Source: Candidatus Omnitrophota bacterium
GTDB lineage: Bacteria; Omnitrophota; Gorgyraeia; Gygaellales; Profunditerraquicolaceae
Length of the DNA: 58,615 bases
Assembly (NCBI GenBank): GCA_023227925.1
Contig: JALOCE010000002.1
Coordinates: 1-58,615, forward strand
Direction of reading: 5' to 3'
A model generated the notes under the pieces. The model had not been told where the DNA came from. It saw only the letters and a list, made by a program, of their open reading frames with translations, and did not search any database. Both the position numbers and the translations under genes were made by a program. Positions 47,383-56,800 of this stretch are shown piece after piece (positions within the stretch are counted from its first letter, which is position 1; each line of letters begins with the position of its first letter).

Positions 47383-49191
47383 CTATTTTTTCGCACCGCG
47401 CGGTGCGGTTCCTCGCAGTGCTCGCTGTGCTGCGAGCGGAATTTGCTGCACCGGCGGCGGCTTATCGCGCGGGCGCGATTTTGCTGCCGTTGGAGGCGGA
47501 CCCAATCGCGGCGCGCGCGTAATAGCGTCGGTTGCGGCGGATGCGACATTATTCGCGATTACGCTCGCAAGCGCGTCTTGTGGCGTTGCGAATGGCGCGA
47601 AGAAGAACCCATGCAGGCGTTGCTTTATTGTGCGGCGCGTCATTGTGAGCGCGCGATCGAGAAGGGAAATCGCGCTCGCACTCGCGCTCGCGTCGGTCGC
47701 GCTAGGATCGCGCGCGCGGACGTATCGCGCGAGAATATCCAGCGCGAGCGCGCAATCACAGCAGCCATCGAATCCCGGCACGCTATCGAAATGCGCGCGG
47801 TTATTTTCGACGAAGCGGAATTGGCGCATCAGATTGTAGTAAAACATGGCGTTCTCATGATCGCGCGCACTATATTCGCGCATGCGCGTGTACTCGCGCG
47901 GCGTCGCGACAAGACGCACCTCGGATGAGGCCGCGCCCGGAAACGCCTGCAAATTAAGCGCGGCACAGTCAATAAATGGATATTTGCGCGCGCGATAAAG
48001 CGCGAGCAGATCAACGCCGAATCGCGCGTTATATGCGGCGATGGTTGCGCCGTAAATGCCCGCGCCGCCATATTCGACGATGGAATCCAGATCGCTCGGA
48101 TTCATGAACGGCGTGCGGAATTTGAGCATGCACGCGTCGGGTCGCAATATATCGACCCACGTGTGCTGCCACGCGTTATTTGCGAGAATATCTATGTCGC
48201 TCGGGCTATCCGATTCTTCCTCGTCGGCCGGGTTGCCTCTGCGCCGTTGCGGCGCTTCCGCGGCGCGAATATTGGTGCGGATATCCGAAATAAAATAGAC
48301 GCGCTGCGGGTGGTCGCGCGCGAGGTATTTGAGCGCGCGCGCGAGATCATCGGTGAATAGGTCCTCGATGATGTAGAACGTGTATTTCGGCTCGCGGACG
48401 ATGACCCGCGCGATTTCATCGGGCGAGAGATGCGCGAGCGTTCGCGCGACGCCTTTATTCGCGCGAATTATGCCGTCGCGCGTCGCGAAATCGATCTCGA
48501 GATTGGGAAACTCGGTCGCGCTCGCCGCGCGGAAATAAAGGCGGTCGCGCGGATTACTGCCCATGATATTATGCTCTTGCGGGTCGATGAGAATGAATTT
48601 CGCGCGCGGGAACATATTCGCCAGCATTTGGCGCGTGTGTCCGGGGCCCGATCCTGCATAAATGACGTACGCTGTACTGCCGGATGATGGCGGCGCGTCA
48701 TCACTCACGGCAAGCCGCGAAGTATTGTCATCACTCACGCTCGCGCGCGGAGTATTGTCATCGGCGCGAATGCATTCGCAGGCGTAATCCGTGAGGAATT
48801 GTATCTCCGATAAGAGCAATTTGAGCTGCCCCACGTGCAGCGACGTACGCGCGTGCCGTATCAATCGATACGGCACGGCGCCCGGAATATCGGCGACGCG
48901 AATTATCGGGGCAGCATCGGGCGGCTGTGGCGCGCGAGTTATGTCCGCGATCGCGCTCATAATGTGCGGTTGGCTCAATTCGCGAATCGAAGCGCATATT
49001 CGGGAGCAGTGCGCTCCGCGGTCGCGATGGGGAACGTCGTCGCGACCGCTACCACCGCCGCCGACGCCGGGGGTAGACGCGGTTTTCATCGTATCCGCGC
49101 GAGATATAGATCGCGGGCGCGCATTCAAAATTCCGATTATTAGCGTAACTATGCACGCGAGCACCGCGACGACCGCGGATATGATGATCAT
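47383..49191 (-). CDS. VP39/FtsJ-like mRNA cap 2'-O-methyltransferase with N-terminal TM segment
   Basis: YAGSGPGHT (SAM motif I), LIDP, FISDIRTN, CMLKFRTPF. N-terminal IIISAVVAVLACIVTLIIGIL. ATG is preceded by GCGCGCGAAATATAA. Confidence 0.72.
   Translation of the reverse strand: MIIISAVVAVLACIVTLIIGILNARPRSISRADTMKTASTPGVGGGGSGRDDVPHRDRGAHCSRICASIRELSQPHIMSAIADITRAPQPPDAAPIIRVADIPGAVPYRLIRHARTSLHVGQLKLLLSEIQFLTDYACECIRADDNTPRASVSDDNTSRLAVSDDAPPSSGSTAYVIYAGSGPGHTRQMLANMFPRAKFILIDPQEHNIMGSNPRDRLYFRAASATEFPNLEIDFATRDGIIRANKGVARTLAHLSPDEIARVIVREPKYTFYIIEDLFTDDLARALKYLARDHPQRVYFISDIRTNIRAAEAPQRRRGNPADEEESDSPSDIDILANNAWQHTWVDILRPDACMLKFRTPFMNPSDLDSIVEYGGAGIYGATIAAYNARFGVDLLALYRARKYPFIDCAALNLQAFPGAASSEVRLVATPREYTRMREYSARDHENAMFYYNLMRQFRFVENNRAHFDSVPGFDGCCDCALALDILARYVRARDPSATDASASASAISLLDRALTMTRRTIKQRLHGFFFAPFATPQDALASVIANNVASAATDAITRAPRLGPPPTAAKSRPRDKPPPVQQIPLAAQRALRGTAPRGAKK
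48697..48762 (-). repeat. dispersed repeat, ~2 units, reverse on + strand, sense in the methyltransferase (DDNTPRASVSDDNTSRLAVSDD)
   Basis: GTCATCACTCACGGCAAGCCGCGAAGTATTGTCATCACTCACGCTCGCGCGCGGAGTATTGTCATC. Confidence 0.9.
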
Positions 49192-49283
49192 TTATATTTC
49201 GCGCGCGACGCGATGGGGCCGGAACAACGACGGGGACGCGACGCGGAAGCGTCGCGTGCGCGAAAGCGTCGCGAGCGCGCGAT

Positions 49284-49294
49284 AAAAAATGAAT
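49284..49294 (+). promoter_or_regulatory. early-type promoter motif AAAAAATGAAT upstream of 49337
   Basis: ~43 nt upstream of the ATG. It is preceded by a 9-bp-stem GGAA-loop hairpin at 49236-49257. Confidence 0.5.
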
Positions 49295-49336
49295 CCGCCC
49301 GCGGATTGAATACCGAGGGCTCCCATATAATCAATA

Positions 49337-50098
49337 ATGGCAACCAAGAGACGCATAACGAAGAGCGCCGGCGCGCCAAAGATGATATCGGCCGCGGCGA
49401 ACGCTCGTCCTAAGCGCGCGGGCGGGCAGCCCCCCAGTCCTGTGGTTTTCTACAGGCAAGCGCTGACCGAGTTCTATATGCGCGCGTTCTCAGCGCTCGA
49501 TGGCGCGCTCATCGCGCCGCTGCTGCCCGACGACACGCAGGAAGTGATTCCGCTGAGCATGCTGAGCGCGAGCGTCAAGGACCGCGAGATTTATTATAAT
49601 CCGATGCCGAAAGCGATCCGCCCGGTCCTGGAGCTGCTGGTGGAGATCCACAACCGCATCATCGGGGATCTCGACGCGGCGCGCGCTGAATTTATCGATG
49701 AAATCGGCGCGATGCCCGAGCCGCGGACGCCGTGCTTGCTGCGCGCGAAGGATTCGCGTAACTTCATCGCGTCGTCGCTGACTGCGCATGGCGCGCTGGA
49801 TGCTGAACTTCTCGCGCGCGCGATCAGCGCGATGCTGCGCGTCGCAAAGGGACTCGCGGAGGCGATGTTCTTCGGGGCGATAATGGGCGGGAAGTTTACT
49901 GCCAAGCGCGATTATTTGCCATACTTATGCATCGCGGCGTCCGCGCCGGCGCGTGTTTTGCAGATCGCGCGGACCATTCGCGCGCGCCTCGATGAGCGCG
50001 CGCAAGCTATTAAGGAAAGGAAAGCGGCGCGCGCGGAAGAAGATGCGCCCGCGGATGATGAAGGCGCGGATACCGACGTTGATGCGAACGAGGATTGA
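49337..50098 (+). CDS. hypothetical protein (basic N-terminus, acidic C-terminus)
   Basis: First ATG after AAAAAATGAAT (49284-49294) and CCCATATAATCAATA. T7 at 50121-50127. Confidence 0.55.
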   Translation: MATKRRITKSAGAPKMISAAANARPKRAGGQPPSPVVFYRQALTEFYMRAFSALDGALIAPLLPDDTQEVIPLSMLSASVKDREIYYNPMPKAIRPVLELLVEIHNRIIGDLDAARAEFIDEIGAMPEPRTPCLLRAKDSRNFIASSLTAHGALDAELLARAISAMLRVAKGLAEAMFFGAIMGGKFTAKRDYLPYLCIAASAPARVLQIARTIRARLDERAQAIKERKAARAEEDAPADDEGADTDVDANED

Positions 50099-50222
50099 TG
50101 CGCGCGCCGCGCGCGATTATTTTTTTCGCTCACGCGCGCATTTATCGCTCGCTCGCTCAAGCGCTCGCGTGCGCATTTATCGCTCGCTCGCTCAGCGTTC
50201 GCGCGCAAGATATACTCGCGGA

Positions 50223-50678
50223 ATGATCCTCGCGGTGATAATTATCATAATAATAGTGATCGCCACGCTACAATGGCGGCGCGAGCGCGCGATGCGCATT
50301 GCGCGCGAGAGGTCATTTATGAGCGGATTTTGGTGCGCGACACGAGCGAGCTGCGATATGGCGGGATATCGCGATGCTTATTTGTATATCGGCGAGCCTC
50401 GCGATGAAATCGCGAGGTCGCGCGCGTGGATTGTCGCGCTGAAAGGCGGACGCGGCGTCATTAATCGCCCATTCGATTTCGACGTTGAGCGCGCGTGGAT
50501 CGGCGGCGGCAGCGCGAGTGATGGCGTGGTTTGCGGTAAGATCGATGTTGGCGATGATATCTGCGACGTCGCGATCGATTTGGATTGGGCGCTCGGGCGA
50601 ATGATATGGCGCGGCTGCGATGGTAAACCCATCTTCGTCTGGGAAAAAAACGCGCGCGTCAATTCGGCGCTGTTTTGA
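50223..50678 (+). CDS. N-terminally anchored membrane protein
   Basis: ATG is preceded by GCGCAAGATATACTCGCGGA. TM segment ILAVIIIIIIVIATL. Confidence 0.5.
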   Translation: MILAVIIIIIIVIATLQWRRERAMRIARERSFMSGFWCATRASCDMAGYRDAYLYIGEPRDEIARSRAWIVALKGGRGVINRPFDFDVERAWIGGGSASDGVVCGKIDVGDDICDVAIDLDWALGRMIWRGCDGKPIFVWEKNARVNSALF

Positions 50679-50954
50679 ACGCGCGCGCGTGATTATAACT
50701 GGTGCTATGGCGCTAAATTAAGCCGCAGGCGCCGTTATAGATCGCGCGATTGCGCCGCTACGTTCGCGCGGAATACCCATTCCGAGAGCAACAATCGCAT
50801 TTGCGTGCGGAGCGAGTGATCGCGATGATGCGCGCATGATCGAGCGCCAGTATAATTTCGCGCGGGTCGATCGCGACACGCGCCGCGGCGCGATATTCTT
50901 TGTTTGCGGTGAATATTGTGACGCCGATGCTTGACGCACGGCGATTACCGCGCG

Positions 50955-52310
50955 TCAAGTCTTTCTTTTTTTGCCCGCGCGCGGATGCGATGGCGCCGGC
51001 GTTGCGCTGGTGGCGCGCGCTCGCGCGAATACTGGGTCGAGAAACTGATGCGCGAGAATAGTCCGCGCGTGCTCGCGATCCGCGTCCATATACTGCAGAC
51101 CCAGGCGCAGAAACTCCTCTATCTGGGTCATTTGGTTGCGGTTAATATTATGGTAATTCGCCGACATAAACTGCGTGATCGTGCCCGATTCGAGAGCGCG
51201 ATGATAGCGCGGCACGCCATTATGATAAAATTCGCGCGCGCGATGGTCGCCGCAGAATATTTCGGGCGGTTTGCCGATGACGCGCCACATGAGAACGACG
51301 TGCGCGTAGAACATCGGAAAATCAATATCGTCCGCGACATCATCGCCGCGCGATTCGGTGTCGGCGCAGCATGAGTCGCTGTCAGCGCTGCGCGAATCGT
51401 GTGCGAGTGATGGCGATGCTTCGCGCGACGAGGCGTCGCTCGCGACCGCGAGCCCGGTAAGATCGAAGCCGTAATCCGCACCATCCTCGCCGTATACGTC
51501 GAATAAATTATCGCCCGTTATGATCGAGAATATCGTGGCCATCGCGGACCATATATCCGCGCCGTGCGAATATGGTCGCCCGATCAATATTTCGGGCGCG
51601 ATGAATGGGATCGTTCCGACGCACGCCGGCTGGAGCAGATCGGCGCGCGCGAGCTCACGCGCTGATCCGAAATCGCATAGTATTGTGTCCAGCGACGTTA
51701 CAGTTTTCGCGTCGAACGCCGGCGCGGCGCGGATCATAATGTTGCCGGGCTTGATGTCGCCGTGAACGATTCCCGCCGCCTGAAGGGCGTCGAGCGCGAG
51801 GAATAAGTTCTTCGCGATGGTGAGCGTCGCGAGCGCGGGTAATCCCGCGTCGAATTGCGCGACGTGCTCGCGTATGAAGTCCTTCAATCGCATCTCGTAG
51901 CGCGGCATTATAACGAACGGTATCGTTTCGAGGGCGTGCGCTGCGCGCAGCGTACTGTGCGCGATCGCGCTACCGAAACCGTCAACGCGCTCGACGTAAT
52001 CGCGCGCGCCGGCGGTGGTTGCGAGGGTGCGATCAAGCGCGCGCATGGCGAAAATAGTGCGGCGGAATTGGCGCGCGCTGCCGAATATTTTCACAACAGC
52101 GCAGTCAGAATGGTGCTCTGTCGGCGAATCGCATGGCGCGCACTCGTAAACGCTGCAAAACGTACCGCTCGCTATTTTATCGCCGATGGTATATGTGCGC
52201 GCCGCGACGGCGTCAGCGACGCGCGCTGCGTCGCCGCCATTCGTTGGTTGCGTTGTTATCCATCGCTCGGCGAGAATTGTCTGTCCGGTGATATGTTGCT
52301 GCGCATCCAT
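50955..52310 (-). CDS. Ser/Thr protein kinase
   Basis: VVKIF (Lys), HGDIKPGNIMI (catalytic loop), CDFGSA (DFG), FIAPE (APE). ATG at 52310 is preceded by CCCATATACATTGCG. A Ser/Asp-rich insert holds a degenerate antisense repeat (51406-51429). Confidence 0.85.
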   Translation of the reverse strand: MDAQQHITGQTILAERWITTQPTNGGDAARVADAVAARTYTIGDKIASGTFCSVYECAPCDSPTEHHSDCAVVKIFGSARQFRRTIFAMRALDRTLATTAGARDYVERVDGFGSAIAHSTLRAAHALETIPFVIMPRYEMRLKDFIREHVAQFDAGLPALATLTIAKNLFLALDALQAAGIVHGDIKPGNIMIRAAPAFDAKTVTSLDTILCDFGSARELARADLLQPACVGTIPFIAPEILIGRPYSHGADIWSAMATIFSIITGDNLFDVYGEDGADYGFDLTGLAVASDASSREASPSLAHDSRSADSDSCCADTESRGDDVADDIDFPMFYAHVVLMWRVIGKPPEIFCGDHRAREFYHNGVPRYHRALESGTITQFMSANYHNINRNQMTQIEEFLRLGLQYMDADREHARTILAHQFLDPVFARARATSATPAPSHPRAGKKRKT

Positions 52311-52402
52311 CGCAATGTATATGGGACCGCGCGCGCCACTTTTGAACGGGTTGCGCGCGGGAAAAAATAGCGCGCGAACGCGCGTATTCGCGCACGCGCC
52401 AC

Positions 52403-53815
52403 TCATTTCTTCGGCGCCGCCGCCACTCTCTTCTTCGTGACGCGCAATACGCGAATGATGCGCGCGATTTCGCCGCGCGCGGCGAGATGAGGGAAATGGC
52501 GCTTCGCGATGCATCGCAGTCGCGCCGAGCATATTATCGCGCGCGAGAACTTGAGAAACGTGTTTTTCTTGATGCCGCCGGACATCCCATCAATATCGCG
52601 GATCGCGATCGGGTAGTGCATCGCGACGATAATAAACCATATCGCGCCGACGATTTTGCTCTGTAGCTGGCTGCGCACGCCGATATAATGGCGAATGGAG
52701 CTCATTACGACCGCGCGGATGAATTTTATATTCGCGCGGTTAATCGTGTCGCGCAGTAGTGTCGCGATATCAGCGTGCGCGGCGGTGTTGCTCGGCGATT
52801 CATCGGGCGCGGTTTGCGCTGGCGGCTCATCGGACGCGACAGACGAATCACTCGCGGGCGCAGATTGCGCGATGAATGCGCCAAGCGTTTTGCCGTAATA
52901 GAACGCGATTTTATTGTCGCATATCTGCGCGTCATCGTCGAGCGTAATGTTGCCATCCGCGGATTGCAGAAGCAGTTGCTCGTAACCGCGCGAGAAACCT
53001 TCTGTGCGCAGCCCCATCATCTCGGCGATCTCTTTCTTGCTCCGCTGCTCCGTGCGCCCGCATTCGGCGAACAATATTGCCGCGAGAATCTCATTCTTGA
53101 CATCGCCGCGCCGCACGTATGGCGCGCCCTTGGCGAGCGCGTTGCGTTGGATATCATTATAAACGCGCGCGGTCGCGATAATTGCCGCGGTCGACGGCGC
53201 GAATGGCGCGAGCGCGCCCGCACTATCGATCCGCGAGCTATTGAGAACGTACGGTAAGCCTCGGCGCGCTGCAATCACGCGCAAATAGGTTTCGCGGCGC
53301 TCGATTAGGCTCTCGTACACGTTATTGCGCTGGGCTTTCATCGGGTCGCTCGAGCTATAATGGCGGCGCGGATCGCGTTTATGCGTCATATCGCTCGTGA
53401 GATGATCATCGATATGCGGCGCGATGCGCTTGCAATGCGAGCACACGTATTCATCGCCCTGCGTGTCCATCGCGATCGCGCACGACGGGCATATATTCGA
53501 ATTCGCGCCACCGCGCACCGGCAATGGAGCGTCGCTATCGTCTGGCGCGTCGCTCGCGCATCCATCGCGAAGAAACTGCTGTGCAAGATCGCTACCGGGC
53601 GTCATATCGGGCTCCATGGCTATCGTTTTCGCGGCTTCTTCAAATTTCGGGCGGGCTTTGCTTTTAAGCACGCGGGCGTTTAAATCGCGGGCGCGCCAGC
53701 GCGCTGGCGTGGGTGCGCGCGGAGTATTGTCATCACTCGCGCGCGGAGTATTGCCATTACCACCCAACGTCGTTCCCGATGCGAATAACGACCGGCCCGT
53801 CGTCCGCGTCGTCAT
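52403..53815 (-). CDS. TFIIB-like transcription factor
   Basis: Zinc ribbon CPSCAIAMDTQGDEYVCSHCKR is followed by cyclin-fold-like helical repeats (ILAAILFAECGRTEQRSKKEIAEMMGL). The track start 53863 is GTG. ATG at 53815. The N-terminus carries two repeat units. Confidence 0.55.
   Translation of the reverse strand: MTTRTTGRSLFASGTTLGGNGNTPRASDDNTPRAPTPARWRARDLNARVLKSKARPKFEEAAKTIAMEPDMTPGSDLAQQFLRDGCASDAPDDSDAPLPVRGGANSNICPSCAIAMDTQGDEYVCSHCKRIAPHIDDHLTSDMTHKRDPRRHYSSSDPMKAQRNNVYESLIERRETYLRVIAARRGLPYVLNSSRIDSAGALAPFAPSTAAIIATARVYNDIQRNALAKGAPYVRRGDVKNEILAAILFAECGRTEQRSKKEIAEMMGLRTEGFSRGYEQLLLQSADGNITLDDDAQICDNKIAFYYGKTLGAFIAQSAPASDSSVASDEPPAQTAPDESPSNTAAHADIATLLRDTINRANIKFIRAVVMSSIRHYIGVRSQLQSKIVGAIWFIIVAMHYPIAIRDIDGMSGGIKKNTFLKFSRAIICSARLRCIAKRHFPHLAARGEIARIIRVLRVTKKRVAAAPKK
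53715..53761 (-). repeat. dispersed repeat, 2 units (24 nt), reverse on + strand; sense in the TFIIB-like gene (GNGNTPRASDDNTPRA)
   Basis: GCGCGCGGAGTATTGTCATCACTCGCGCGCGGAGTATTGCCATTACC. It also overlaps the last codons of 53757..58181. Confidence 0.9.
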
Positions 53816-56800
53816 CGCCGTGATCCAGATCGAACGAATCGAGAGAAAATGGGTCCGTTTCACCGTCGCGCGCGTCGTCGTCCGCGGGCACTATTTCGGC
53901 GCCCGCGTCCTCATATTCATCATAGAGCATCGCCGCAGGATCGGACGCGGCGATATCGAAATCGTCATTTGCGAGCTTCGTCCCCTCGACGACGCTCAGG
54001 CTGAAGCGATCGCCGCGGATGGTTATGTTTTCGCGCGCGAAAAGGTGCGCGACGAACGTGCGCGCGAACACCGCGGTTAGCGGCCGCGATGGCGCCGCCG
54101 CCGCGCCATCCGCGCGCGGCTTGTATTGCGCGAGCGCGCTGAGAACGCGACACAGTGTTTCCAGATAGAAATCGACGATTTTGGCCGTTTTATCGTGATA
54201 ATGCTCCGCGAACATCAATATGACGCGCGCGAGAATAATATCGCTCGCGAACGCGGATGCACCCGCGCCATCGGGCTCGAGATTGCGCACGATCGGTGCT
54301 ACAATATCACCCAGCGGCGGAAGCTCGGACGCCGCGCGATCAAACGCGGGGCCGCCGCTCGCGTATTCGCGCTTGAGATCATCCGCGAATTGCGCGACCG
54401 AGCGCGTGATTGCACCGCGGCGACCACTGCGCAACAGATCACCGCGGATGACATTATAGAGCGCGAAAATCTCGAAAATGTACGAGCGTAACGCGAAAAT
54501 GCGCGCGCTGACGCTGGATTTGGGGACGGGCGCGACGTATGATTCATCCGCGAGCTTGTCGCGCGTTAGACCCTCGCGCGCGCCGAGCGTTTGGAAATCG
54601 CGCCTCTCAATGCCGAACACGGCGGCTGCGTCGACGAGAATTTCATAATTGAGCGACCACGGTTGTCGCGCGATTGCGCGCGCTATTGTATCAATATCCT
54701 CATCGCGCTTGGAAACGCGGCGCCCAGCGATGGTCGTAATGGGCGCGGGCGACGCGATATGCTCGCGGAATTTCGCGATATGGCGATCGAAATAGGCGCG
54801 ATCGTAGCTACGCGCGAGCGCGGATGAATATCCGCATTTAGTGCATGCGGGCGCGATCGCGTCGGTTGAGCTCGCGAACGCGTGCGGACCATCGGCGGGG
54901 CATCGCGCCTCGTAGAACTGGTAGAAGTTCTCCATGGCCGCACGCGCGTCTATGGCCGCGCGAATGGCGCGATCGTCGAGCGCGGACGTTTTCGATTGGA
55001 GAATGCCGCACGCGGCGCATTTTTTGTCGATATACGCGATATCCGCGCGCGCGAATGCGTCGGACGCTTCGGGCGAGCCGAATTTTACCTCGATTATCGG
55101 TCCGGGCGCCACGGTAGGCGCGAAAATGAGAACGTTCCACACATGCGCGACGCCATTCTCATCGTATACTGCGCCGAGTGTACGCGCGCGCGTTGGCGTA
55201 TTATACGATGAAAATGGCGGCGCGTGCGCGCGAATGATTGAGATTTCGGGTACGCGCGTCGCGGCGCCATCAGCGCGACCCGCGCGAGCGATGGATACGC
55301 TTTCGGCGGCGCGTTGCGCGGCGTTCTCGGCGGAATGGCGCGCGCGAATGTCCGTTATGGCGCGATCGGTGGTCGCGATCGCGTAATCGAATAAGCGATG
55401 CTCGATAATCTCGCGCAATCGCGCAACGATACCCGACCGCGCATTACTACAGCGCGCAAATAGAGGCGCGAGGATATTTTTCGGGTCACTCGGCTTCTCG
55501 GGGAGCGCCGCGAGCGCAGCGTACTCGTAATCAAACGGGTCTTTATTATTGCGCGCGAGTGATGGTAATACTCCGCGCGCAAGCGCGAGTGATGGTAATA
55601 CTCCGCGCGCAAGCGCGAGTGATGGCGCGGCGGTGGCCTGACGCGCGAATATGCCGGGGCACGCGTTGTGAATAATCGCGATTAATGGGTCATACATCGC
55701 CACCGCGCGGTAATCGCGAGGCGGTGATTCGAACGGCATATCCGCGGCAACGGTCCCGAGCTCGCGAATTGCCGCGCTAATGCGCGCGCCGATAACATCG
55801 CGCGTGAATCCGGGGATCTGGTTCAGCGCAACATTCTCGACGAGTGCGATCTTATCGATCGCGTTTTTGATCAAAATCGCGCGCGCGCGTTTGTCATCCG
55901 AGTCGCGCGGGAGCGTGACTCCATCGAATATGATCCCCATGCGCTCCGCGTTGACGATCGCGTCCGCGAAGACATAAATCGCGATGTAGACGCGCAGGCG
56001 CGCCGAAAGCTCGGACGCGAGACTTGTTTGCGCGATGGCTATGCGTCCCTCAATCATCTCGATATGCGGATAAATATGCTGTGCGACGTTGCGCGCGAAT
56101 GCGGCCTGATCGGTAACGCGCGTGGCGCGGATGAAGCGCGAAATCATATTAATCTCGCGCAGAATATCATCCGCGAGCTCTTTATTCTCGGACGTCGCGC
56201 GATCAACATCATCGGAGACCGCGAGCGCGTGCTCGAATTGCGCGCCGCAAATGCGGCAATAATAAAGCCCGCGCCCCGGAATGCGATCGATATATTGCGC
56301 AATGCGATCGCGCTCGTTCTTGCGCGTCCCATGTTGCGCGATGACATTCGCGATGTCGAGCGTGTGTGGGCAAATCGCATCCTGCGAGCACAACGCGCAT
56401 TTTATCATCGCGCTGGGGTTCTCGGACACCGCGTTAGCGAGAATTTTCGAAAGAACCGCGAGCGCGTCCGCGATGGCGCGCGCGGTAGTGGAGCGCGCGA
56501 GAGTCGCAACCGCGCGCATATGCTCGCAGTGCGCACGCGCTGGCGCGGTACGGCGGAAGGCGGCGTAAGACGCGAGAATGAACGCGCGCTCATCGGGCGA
56601 TAGCCGCGCGAACAATTCGTGCTCACTCGCGACGCGCAGGCGAATGCCGCGCGCCACAAGATTCCCGATTTCGGGACCCATGCCGCCGAATGGATCGCGC
56701 GCTATACTGCGCGCTATTTTACGCGGGAAGTTATCTTCGATGAGAGACGCGAGAATTTCGAGGCGGTTCATGTTCGCGCGATGATCCGCGATCGCACGTA

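Noticed and set aside
50718-50939. Small minus-strand ORFs in the 276-bp convergent spacer 50679-50954, and the hairpin CTTGACGC...GCGTCAAG (50930-50959) followed by a T7 run
   Set aside because: The ORFs are short and Arg/Ala-biased. An internal ATG near 50837 with an ATTATAC island would give only about 39 aa. The T-run following the hairpin lies inside the kinase C-terminal codons (KKRK), so a terminator role is uncertain.
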